Shown here piece after piece: positions 24,051 through 34,418 of a stretch of DNA of 64,000 bases (positions are counted from its first letter, which is position 1; each line of letters opens with the position of its first letter). This stretch comes from Zootoca vivipara (lineage: Eukaryota), in contig NC_083279.1 in assembly GCF_963506605.1 (NCBI RefSeq), forward strand, positions 25,296,001 to 25,360,000, in the 5' to 3' direction. Under the pieces are notes generated by a model, which saw only the letters and a list, made by a program, of their open reading frames with translations, made no database searches and was not told where the DNA came from. A program made the position numbers and the translations under genes.

Positions 24051-25137
24051 GGAACATTATGTTAATGTTAGTATTTCATATTATTATTATTATTCATTAA
24101 ATTTGTATACCGCCCTATACCCACAGGTCTCAGGGCAGCTACAACATAAAATCACAATATAAAAACCCAAAATACATAATAAAAATAAATATTTGAAAAC
24201 ATTTTAATAAATACTATTGTTTATTAAAAGCAAATAGTACAATCATTTCACTTTATGATTCTGAGACTTGGGTTGATTCTGAGACTTAAGGTGACTGTTG
24301 TCACCTTAAGCAGGTGGAAACCTTTAATTTTTCCTAAGACATGTTTCTAATATAAATTTATAGGGCCAGAATCCCTACTATACATTTTATAAAGGGGTTC
24401 GGATTCTTGGTTTCGACTGGCATTTTGTTTATTAGAACTCAACTCTGTGAAACTAGATCTTTCAGTTTGGGGTCCTTTTATTTGCCTAAAAGGGTGTTCT
24501 CAGCTGTGGAAGCTCATTTCAAGAGACCAACCTGCTGAGACATAAAGATACTTTAAAGCCCAACATCAAAACATTATGATTAACTTTGATAATGTTGAAG
24601 GTTGAAGGATAGAAAATGCATTCTAGCACCTTGTAGTATTCAACTTGTTGAACATTTTGCATGCTGCCTCTCCAAATGTTTGAAGTGGCTAGTGACAGTC
24701 ATAAAAACAATCGAAATAAAATTCTGTAGTTAAAAACAAACCAAGGCACTGGTAAAAAATAACTACCAATAGAATAACTTCCAGAGGTCACTCAAGTGTA
24801 ATATACTTTGCACTTCTTTCTAAAGCAAGTCTCAATGTCTTAAGGGTGATAGCTGTAGGTGAGGAGTGATGTGTACAGAATATGCCAGAGAAAATATATA
24901 CAGTATTGTGAACTGTGGTCCTCACTACCGGTAATATGTTTACAGTGTATGCACCTGCCAGTCTTAAGAAAACTCATAGTGGCTTCACACCTATCTGTCA
25001 TCAAGAAAACAGTATTTTATATTTAAATATTTAATAGTTTGTATTTATGCATCATTTTTGCTTAGTGTTCGGTGTGCTTCAGATGTGTTATCTCAGTAGT
25101 CCTTAACAACAATCCTGTGAGGCAAGCCAGTACTGTG

Positions 25138-25368
25138 GCTTTAAAAGAGGCTCAATGGCTACTAGCCACGATGGCTGTGCTCTGCTTCCACAGTCAGAGG
25201 CAATAATGCTTCTGAATGTCCACTGCTGGAATTGGCAGAAGGAGAGAGTGCTCTTGTGCTTGGGTCCTGCTTTGGGGTTTCCCACAGGCATCTGGTTGGC
25301 CACTGTGAGAACAGGATGCTGGACTAGATGTGTCATTGGCCTGATCCTGTGGGCTCCTTTTATGTTCT
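25138..25368 (+). mobile_element. CR1 LINE 3' UTR fragment
   Basis: gctttaaaagagg...caatggctactagcc...gatgctggactagatg...ggcctgatcc...ttatgttct, typical of squamate CR1 3' ends. Confidence 0.7.
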
Positions 25369-26664
25369 CACGTATCCCCATTTGCAGATGGTGGGCTGAG
25401 AAATAAAAAATATCCAGCGACTTTTGGCTTATTTGAAATTTTAATTGGAGGCTTCTATTTCACAGATTATTTTCCTACTACTATACTACGGTAGCTTCCT
25501 GAAAGCTATGGAGTCAGTGTGCTTCTACATTGCTAATAGGTAGTTTCAATGTCAAATATTTTAATATTCCAAAAACTTTAAGTAGTATATGGTGCCTTGA
25601 GAAATGGCATCAAGGATGCATCCTGGGGTTTCCCATGTAGCAGTGAACATGGAAATCAAAAGTTCTGGTTAGTTTTTATTTTTGTTGAAATAGTGAATGA
25701 AGGTTACCCCATGGCTTAGCATGAATGAAAAAATATGCAGGTTGCTAGGGGGAAGATTGCAGTCACTGTGCTCCTTGACCAGGCCTCCTGCTTCCATGCT
25801 ACCTCTGGAACAAAGTCAATATTTGACATAGCATTGTATCTGAACCTGGGCTTGTGGTTTGCCTTGCTCCAGCTGTGACTAAAACCCCTCCACTGCAGCT
25901 GTCTATGTGCTATATGCATAAGTTTTGGGGGAAGCACTAGATGGAGTGTGTGGCATTGGGAGTGGGACTTATCTGCGTGGCTCATTGCCTTGCTTCCGTG
26001 TTGCTGTACATGGGAGATAGTAACATCTGCAAAGAGCTATAAGTCTAACCCTTTTAAGAGTGAATGTTACTGGCACATAGCAAAATATTCCTAATACAAA
26101 ATTTCTGTACTTTACAACTGTGATATACATTACTATGTAATGGCCCTTCTGGGTTTTGACTGATTTAGTTGGTATACAGAATGAGGAAGAATACAGCATA
26201 ATTTAATAGTGAAATCAGGAAGATCAGCTCACTTAAAGCCAAATTCACAACCCATACATTTGCTAGCTCCATTCCATTGGAATTTGCTTGTAGGATTTAA
26301 ATAAAAGAATCTAGAACTAGCAGGATATTCTCTGCAGATTGTGTGTTTTGTTAGGCTTTCTGCAACAGAAAGAACTATCTGGAATTGGTAAACAGATTAA
26401 ATTGCCGTCAGCAACTGCTGATGATTTTGTATACAATGAAGAGATTAATATTCAGAAGTACTTGTACAAAGGGTGATTTCCCTCCGAAGTGGAAGATTGT
26501 GATGTACAGCTTAACAAGGTCAGATGATTTGATTTTTCTTAGGAAATATAATTATTCAGCTGAGTGTTCATTTAGTTAATTTTACTTTAATAAGAACTTT
26601 TTGTATGTCATGTGCTAACTTTTTAACCTTTATTTCAGGAATACTGGAGCTTACAGTCTGAAAT

Positions 26665-29600
26665 ATGTGTAGTGTTATGCAAGTTGACAACAGAAAAATG
26701 GACATGTTGAAGATCCTGCGTAAAACAACAGAGCGTTTGGAATGTGACCACTGCAGTTTCAGAGGGTCTGACTATGAAAACATACAGATTCATATGGGTA
26801 CTATCCACCCCGAGTTTTGTGATGAAATGGATACAGCAGGACTGGGGAAACTTATATTTTACCAGAAAAGTGCAAAGTTGTTCCACTGCCACAAATGTTT
26901 TTTTACCAGCAAAATGTATTGCAATGTTTATTATCACATCACAGCACACCATGCAATGCCTGACAAATGGAAAGAAGAGCAAAAAGATTTGTTAGCAACA
27001 GGTGCAGAAACTGTAAAGAAACCTCTGTTTGTGGAACCTCAGAAGTCTTCTCCATCTCCTGAGTCACTGAAACCCACTGTTTCTCCTGAATCTCAGAAGC
27101 TGGCTCCCTCTGAACCCCTCAAGCCTGAGGTTGGGTTATCTTCCAAGATACAAAAGCCCATCTCAGTTGTATCCATGGAGCAACCGAAGGTTGCTCCAGT
27201 TGCATGCCCAGAGCCACAGAAACCCATCTCTGTTGCATCATCAGAGCTTCCAAAACCTATTCCAGTGGTGTCATCAGAGCCATTGAAACCAGTCCCTTTT
27301 GTGGCTCCAGAGCCCCTGAAACCCACTCCAGTGGAGTCCTCAGATGTATCAAAACCTGTATCTACTATCTCCCCTGAGCCACAGAAGCCTGGCACAGCCA
27401 CATATGTTGAGCCACAGAAACCCTTCCCTAATGTACATCCAGAATTGCATGTATCTATCTCAGAGTCAGAGAAGCCTGCACCACCTGTTTCTCTAGAACC
27501 ACAAAAACCCCTACAACCTGTATCCCCAGAACCTCAGAAGTCTGCTGTGCCTGCATCTCCACCTGTGGCTGCATCTGAACCACAGAAATTTGCTTCAACT
27601 GTGTCTCCTGAGCCTCGCAGGCATTCTCCGGCTGTGTCTCCTGAGCCTCGCAGGCACTCTCCAGCTGTGTCTCCTGAGCCTCGCAAGCACTCTCCGGCTG
27701 TGTCTCCTGAACCTCGCAGGCACTCTCCAGCAGTGTCTCCTGAGCCCCGCAGGCACTCTCCGGCTGTGTCACCTGAGCTAAAGAAATCTACATCTGCTAT
27801 ATCGTCAGAAACTCGCAGGCATATTCCTCCGATGCGGAGACCTGCTTCAGCGCTTTCCCCTGAACTAAGGAAACCTGAACCACCAATACCAGATCATTGG
27901 AGGTCTGCTCCTAGTATTGCTCCAGAACCCTGGAGGAATGCTCCTAATATTTCCCACGAACAACAGAAGTCTTCTATTACTGTGTCACCTTGGTCCCCCA
28001 AACCTCCCACATCTATGTCAATGGAGTCCAGGAGGCCTGCCTCAGAACCTCGAAGACCAGGTTCTTTGATGTCCCCAGAGCCTCAGAAGTTTGTGCCAGA
28101 GCCTTGGAAATCTACTTCCTTGCCTGAGTCTCAGAAATCTAGTCTTGTTTCCTCAGAGCCCTGGAAACCCATTTCTTCTGTTTATCCTGAAGGCTGGAAA
28201 CCTGTCTTGTCTCCTGACACCTGGAGGTCATCACCAGCAGTACCACCCTCTGCACATCCCATGCCAACAGAGCTTAGAAAGTCTGGTCCCCCAATGTCAC
28301 CTGATCTTTGGAAACCTTCATTCTTTCCTGAACAACGTAAGCCAACTCCTATGTCTCCTGACCCTTGGAAATTCCCTTCTGACTCTCGGAAGTCTCCTTT
28401 CTTTTCAGAGACTCAGAAGCCTGCTCCTTTTGTTTCTTCTGAGTTCCAAAAACGTGCTTTGTTTTCCGAACCCCGAAAACGGGCACTTTTTCCAGAGTCT
28501 AAGAAATCTGTTCCTCCTCCTACTTCTGCTGATGTACAAAAACGTCAATTCTTCCATGAAAGTCACATGTCTTTTCCTGAAGTCCAAAAACATGCCCTGT
28601 TTTCTGAACCTCACAGACCACCTCCTGTTTCACCTGAGGCCCAAAAGCATGCCTTCTTCCCAGAGCCCCAGAAACATGTTGCAGTTTCTCCTGAAGTTCC
28701 AGAGCATGTTCCCTTTGGAGAACCTCAGAAACCTCCTGTTCTTACTCATGAAGTGCTGAAGGCTTCTTCAGTTTCTCCTGAAATTCAGAAACATGCAAGC
28801 TTCGCTGAACCACAGAAGGCTCTTCCAGGTTCCCCTGAGAAACTACGGCAAGGTTTCTTTGCTGAGCCTTCAAAAGGTTCTCTTTCACTTGAGCTCCAAA
28901 AACCTGCTCCTATGTCTTCTGATCCAAAGCAGAACTTTGGTTCTGATGTCCACAGACCACTGGAAACAGCAGGCAGGGAAGTTCACAAAACTGCTGTCTC
29001 TGACTTTGGTCAGTCTGCTGCACCCATTTTTTCAGACTTGCAGGCACATTCCGAATCTGGTAAAGATTTCTTCGCTGAGCAGCCAGAAGGTGAGAATCCA
29101 TTCAGTAGTCTGTTAGCTCCAAAGGAGCAGCTTATACAAGCCAAGGAAGCTAAAGAAGAAGTATTATTTTCTTGTCCAAAGAAGAAACCGAAGAAGGAAA
29201 ATCAGGAAACTGCAAATATAGACCTAAATAACAGTGGGAGTGGAAATAATGAAATGGATACCTCTGAAGTTAAGGAGCAGGAATCAAACAGTGATCAAGA
29301 ACAGTTTGATACAGAAACTTCTGACCTCAACAAAGACACTAAAATTGATGCAGTTACTCCCACTCAGCCTCAGTGTGTGCTGCAGTTTACGGAAGAAAAG
29401 GAAGCCTTTATCTCAGAAGAAGAAATAGCAAAATATATGAAGCGTGGCAAAGGCAAATATTATTGCAAAATTTGTTGCTGCCGGGCTATGAAAAAAGGTG
29501 CTGTTTTGCATCATTTGGTTAACAAGCATAACGTTCACAGTCCATACAAGTGTGACATATGTGGAAAGGCATTTCTCTTGGAATCTCACCTTAAAAACCA

Positions 29601-29847
29601 TGTTGCTGCTCATGGTCAGAGTTTGCTTAAATGTCCACGTTGCAGTTTTGAATCAAACTTTCCTAGAGGCTTTAAGAAGCATCTAACCCATTGCCAAAGT
29701 CGTCATAATGAAGAGGCCAATAAAAAACAGATGGATACAATAACTGAGCCACCTACTCAGAGTGAAGAGGCCAATAAGGTGCCAGTTGATGGCACCGAAC
29801 CATTGAACGAATCACTTATCGAATCACTTACTGAACCACAGATTTAA
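26665..29847 (+). CDS. CHAMP1: Chromosome alignment-maintaining phosphoprotein 1, single coding exon (conserved start probably ATG 26698, MDMLKILRK)
   Basis: 1060-aa ORF; N-terminal LECDHCSFRGSDYENIQIHMGTIHPEFCDEMD and second C2H2 finger; SPE, WK and FPE repeat regions; three C-terminal C2H2 fingers; acceptor tgctaac...tttcag| at 26638. Confidence 0.97.
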   Translation: MCSVMQVDNRKMDMLKILRKTTERLECDHCSFRGSDYENIQIHMGTIHPEFCDEMDTAGLGKLIFYQKSAKLFHCHKCFFTSKMYCNVYYHITAHHAMPDKWKEEQKDLLATGAETVKKPLFVEPQKSSPSPESLKPTVSPESQKLAPSEPLKPEVGLSSKIQKPISVVSMEQPKVAPVACPEPQKPISVASSELPKPIPVVSSEPLKPVPFVAPEPLKPTPVESSDVSKPVSTISPEPQKPGTATYVEPQKPFPNVHPELHVSISESEKPAPPVSLEPQKPLQPVSPEPQKSAVPASPPVAASEPQKFASTVSPEPRRHSPAVSPEPRRHSPAVSPEPRKHSPAVSPEPRRHSPAVSPEPRRHSPAVSPELKKSTSAISSETRRHIPPMRRPASALSPELRKPEPPIPDHWRSAPSIAPEPWRNAPNISHEQQKSSITVSPWSPKPPTSMSMESRRPASEPRRPGSLMSPEPQKFVPEPWKSTSLPESQKSSLVSSEPWKPISSVYPEGWKPVLSPDTWRSSPAVPPSAHPMPTELRKSGPPMSPDLWKPSFFPEQRKPTPMSPDPWKFPSDSRKSPFFSETQKPAPFVSSEFQKRALFSEPRKRALFPESKKSVPPPTSADVQKRQFFHESHMSFPEVQKHALFSEPHRPPPVSPEAQKHAFFPEPQKHVAVSPEVPEHVPFGEPQKPPVLTHEVLKASSVSPEIQKHASFAEPQKALPGSPEKLRQGFFAEPSKGSLSLELQKPAPMSSDPKQNFGSDVHRPLETAGREVHKTAVSDFGQSAAPIFSDLQAHSESGKDFFAEQPEGENPFSSLLAPKEQLIQAKEAKEEVLFSCPKKKPKKENQETANIDLNNSGSGNNEMDTSEVKEQESNSDQEQFDTETSDLNKDTKIDAVTPTQPQCVLQFTEEKEAFISEEEIAKYMKRGKGKYYCKICCCRAMKKGAVLHHLVNKHNVHSPYKCDICGKAFLLESHLKNHVAAHGQSLLKCPRCSFESNFPRGFKKHLTHCQSRHNEEANKKQMDTITEPPTQSEEANKVPVDGTEPLNESLIESLTEPQI
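27601..27779 (+). repeat. coding 33-bp tandem repeat, ~5.4 units (VSPEPRRHSPA)
   Basis: gtgtctcctgagcctcgcaggcactctcc(a/g)gct repeated with few substitutions. Confidence 0.95.
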
Positions 29848-30499
29848 TCATATTTATTTTGGAAGTTGAAGAATCTCCAAAAATGTTAGCTTGTCAGTAA
29901 TGCGGTTGAACTGTTTTATGCAACTATATCAGCATGTCACAATAAACATGATGGCCACAATTAAATGCGAAATTAAGTGCACTTAACTCATTTATTTAAA
30001 TGGGCCCTAGTTTGCTTAACACTGCTATATTGTAGCCATTAGTTTGCAGAAATAGTAAACCCAGAACTACCAAAGTAATAGGTCTGTACTGGATTGTATG
30101 GAGTGCTGTTTTTAAAACAAAAAAATGGAGATTAAGTCATGGACAGAGCAGCCAATGAGTTATTACAAATGCTCTGGCAACAGAATTATCACATTCTGAG
30201 CCGTGACACAACTTCACTACCCATAACAGAAGGTTGGAGGTGGTGAGAGACAGAAGGAGCAGAGCCCAGAGGTGGTGTACATCTCCCTCTACCCTACATC
30301 CTGGGTTTGTGTCCAGGGAATGTGGGCTTTTGATTCCCTGATCCACATGCTCCCACAAACAGCTCCTTTTTGCCATCTCCACTGCAGCAGTAGCAGTCCT
30401 TTCAATGGTGGCTGGAAGGGCACTCCTAAGAACAGACCTCTTTGCCTGCAAGAGGGAGACTGCTGCAGAATCCTATGACTCCTGTGATTGTTGAATATT

Positions 30500-31050
30500 T
30501 GTGAGCATCTTTTCCAACTCACAAAGTGTCCAGCATGCTCCTCTGCATGCTCTACTCTGCGCAGCGTTGTCAAGCCTTTTGTGGAAACAATCACCGATGC
30601 AATAAACTCGCTTCACACCCATGGTACAGGCAGTAAGGTTTATTTCCGGTTTACAGCTTAATGATTTTGTACATCATTAACCCATACATCAGTTGCTAGC
30701 ATGCTGCATCTGGAGATGGCCCTCCCCCTCACCGCAGGGAGAAGAGCAGCAAGAGAAAATGAACAAACTCAACTCTTTCAATCTTATATAGGCCCAGAGA
30801 CAGGCTGCGCATGAACATTACCTGTGCTTCTGACCTTGAAGCCTCCCGCTATTATATTGTTTACATTATACTGTGTAGATACAGAATTACTACTAGTTTC
30901 AGTTTCACATATACCAACAACCCCCTCGGTCCTTATCGGAACTGGAGTACAGTATACAAAAAAAACCTATGCAGTATGCTTATTCAGACCCAATTGCAAA
31001 CACATCTCTCATGTTTCTGAAACTTGAAAGCCTTGGTTATGCCATCAACA
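30500..31050 (-). mobile_element. solo LTR, 551 bp
   Basis: TG...CA termini, perfect 5-bp TSD atatt (30495-30499, 31051-31055); minus-strand TATATAA (30790-30784) then AATAAA (30644-30639). Confidence 0.75.
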
Positions 31051-34000
31051 ATATTCTCACTGGGGCAATATTTCAGTTTCACTAGACCTTGTGAGAGATG
31101 TTCACAAACACTTTGAAATTTAATTTCAATATGTTTTGTTCTGTTCTTAAATTGTCCAGATTCTGCTAGCTATACCTTGTCTGCATTTTCCCAACCCTCC
31201 CAACATTATAGGTTTGCACTATGGTTTTCTAAATTACTAAAATAAGCAGCTAGAATAGCAGAAATGTGGCAATTCGCCCAATCAGTTTAACTCTCCAAAT
31301 CCAGTTTTTTATTTGAAATATATTGAATAGCTCAATATTTAGTGTAAACATCACAGAACTGAAATTGTTTTAAATTGTGCATGGAATAGTATAGTAATTT
31401 GTCTTGAATCATAAGTAGTGATCATTTTTATAAGTATTGCAAGGAAAAATCAATGTTTGCACCTCAATAAATTTGCTTGTTTAGATTTTTTAAGTAGTTG
31501 TGCTTCTGCTCTCTATTTGAAGTGCAGATTAATGTGTGTGAAATAGCTAGAATAATGTCATATGTATTGGACATATATATGCTGTCTTGTATTATTGTTC
31601 TTTATAATTTGGGGAATGCGTTCTAAGTATTGTTTTCTATTCTTCTAACAATAAAAATAATCTCTGCATTGAAATTGTTAAATTGAATGTATTAGGTAAT
31701 GTTTCATCAGCTTTTATTACTTCAGATATTTATTACTGGAATTAGTACAGATTTCTGTGCATTCTCTAATGCAGGTAAGTGATAGCATTCACAATGTAAA
31801 TAATATTGCTTTAAAAAGAAAATTAAATGGCAAATCTCTATACAAATCTCTTGTGATTCAAATTCAGCACCACATGTGGTTACATCATACATGACCTGCT
31901 TGTTCTACATGAGAAATGGATTTAGATATCAACAAAATTGTGTAGGAAGTGGCAGCCGTGCCATTCAGGTGGTAGATAAATTGGTTCAGTCATTCCCAGT
32001 CCACAGTACTACTTATGTTCATTATCCATAGCAATTGAAACTTGGAGCCTCTATCCTTTTGTCATTTGAGATGTGAAGGTGTCGTATCTCATCTTTCATG
32101 GTGTGCAACCTTTTATTTTACCAAAAGACTGAGAAGTGAAATGAAGTCCAAAGATACTGTTCTGCTGATACAATCTCTTGGATAAGCAGAGCATAATAAC
32201 TCTTAAAGAACCTACGTGTTATGGCACGGGATAGATTTTTCCATTTTTATTAAAAACTTTTTTTTGTAACTTCTGCTTGACATTCTTGCTTTATCATGTA
32301 AGGTGTAATAAAATAGAAAAGTTCCAAAGTCATTAATATAATTCAGCCCAATGTAAGCATTGTTAAATATTACTGGTATTTTTTTATTAAAAAAAGTGTG
32401 CCAACATGAAGTGGGGATTATATTTACAGTGCATAGACATAATCCCATGATTTGTATGTACATAGTAGTAGAATTTGGGCAACCTGAGATTTGTTTGAAG
32501 CTCACGTTATAGCTTTTTGCTCTGCAGAAGAGAGAAGCTGGTTGCTTAAATTTCAGGGGTGCAATACAAGCAGCTATAGGTGAAACTTTAACCTATATTT
32601 GAAAATAAGTTGTTTCATCTGCATTGTGGATGTCTCCTGCCATAAAACTTGCATGTATAACTATAAAAATAGTTGGAGGTGCCCATGCCAAGCATACTCT
32701 AGTCAAGATGTAGAAGAATTAAGTTGAATCTGAAATTAATTTAGCCAAATGAGAAATGAAAACATTGTCTGTGTACCAACATATTTACACGGCTTGAATT
32801 CCCCAAAAGGTCAATGTGATCCCTTATATAAGAATAGCACCTAATCTGCATTTTGTTTTCATCATAGATTAGCTTTTCTGAAGTATGTAAGGACGTATGC
32901 CCTTGGGAAAAGTAAAAACATGCAGGTCTGGATTTTTCCATTGCTATGATTTGAACAGATGTAAGTGAATTGTATTTATAGTATGTAGGATGTTCCATGA
33001 CAGGAAAATAGGTACAGATAAATATTTATTATTTATGCCCTGCTAGAATAGTTTTCTAAACACACACGCGCACAGCTGCTTCCAAAAAAAACCCAAGGGT
33101 ATCAATTCATAAAATGTAACTCATTAGCAAAACTTGGAGATGGATGGGATTACATTTTGACACTTTGTGGTTACAGTTGCCAGCTCTATCAGGGGGCTCA
33201 ATGGATTGAATTTGGGTATTCCAGGACCTAACTAACGACTGCTAGGTGAAAACATATGTTAATTTATTAGTATTTCCTTTGCATTAACTAGACTGGAGCT
33301 TTGTTAATAATGTCTAATAATCTTTTCCATATCCCACAATACATTTTATGATGGGAATCTGTAACACTTTGTACAATATGAACTGTTAATGCAGGGACAG
33401 ACAAAAGTTACTTAAAAACAAACAAACAGAACTTCTAGCCTGCCCTTCTCTCAGGGCAGCTGTCAACAATTAAATTCAGTGTCATGAAACAATATCAAAC
33501 AATATTATGCAACAGAGGTAGGCAGAATAAAAACAGATAACATCAACTGGGCCAGGCAAAAACCTGCTGGAATAAATATTGATCTATTGAGCAGAAGATG
33601 GTTAAAGAGGAGCTGCATAGACATTTTTATCACAGACACGTATCTTCCTTCATAGGTGAGAAATAGAGATGAGCCTCTCCACATCTTGGGCAGCAAAGCA
33701 GAGTAGTGGCGAAGGATGTAGGTGGTTCTGGATCCAAACCCTTTAGGGCTTTAAAGGTACGGTAATTAGAAGCATTTAATGTGCCCCCAACAAAATAACC
33801 TGGCTATGATACTCTGCTTGTGCTGTCCTCTAGGATAGTGGCTAAGATCAGCTGCTAGATGGCAGCAGTATTTAGCATTTAGCTTGCATTGGAGTCGATC
33901 TACTACTTCCTAACTTTTTTTCTTTTTTACAAAACTAGGAAGATGTTGATCTATTGTTGATAGCAGAAGATGAGGCAGGCCATAATGTACATGCATGACA

Positions 34001-34110
34001 CATGTACATGCATTACTTGATCACATTTGTATCATTCAGAAGCATTGTGTATGAAGTGATATGCAAGTTCTGACTGTGGTGTTTGATCCCTAATGGCTCC
34101 TTGACACATA

Positions 34111-34418
34111 AGGTAAAGGTAAAGGTACTGTTAGGTCCAGTCGCGAACAACTCTAGGGTTGCGCACTCATCTCACTCTATAGGCTGAGCCAGCGTTTGTC
34201 CGCAGACAGCTTCCGGGTCATGTGGCTAGCATGACTAAGCCGCTTCTGGTGAAACAGAGCAGTGCACGGAAGCTCTGTTTACCTTCCCGCTGGAGTGGTA
34301 CCTATTTCGAACTGCTGGGACCAAGCAACGGGAGCTCACCCCATTGCGGGGATTCAAACCGCCGACCTGATCGGTAAACCCTAGGCTCTGTGGTTTATAC
34401 CACAGCACCACCCGCACC
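34111..34418 (-). mobile_element. Sauria SINE
   Basis: aggtaaaggtaaaggt tail; 12-bp TSD ccttgacacata (34099-34110, 34419-34430). Confidence 0.9.

Noticed and set aside
26294-26387. Possible second 5' UTR exon of CHAMP1 (tag|...|gtaaac)
   Set aside because: Several competing acceptors; boundaries cannot be fixed without transcripts
27601-27779. 33-bp periodic repeat superficially like a CRISPR array
   Set aside because: No unique spacers; an in-frame coding repeat in a vertebrate gene
27093-29686. Alternative-frame and antisense ORFs within CHAMP1 (including 222 aa at 28091)
   Set aside because: By-products of the Pro/Ser-rich repetitive codon usage
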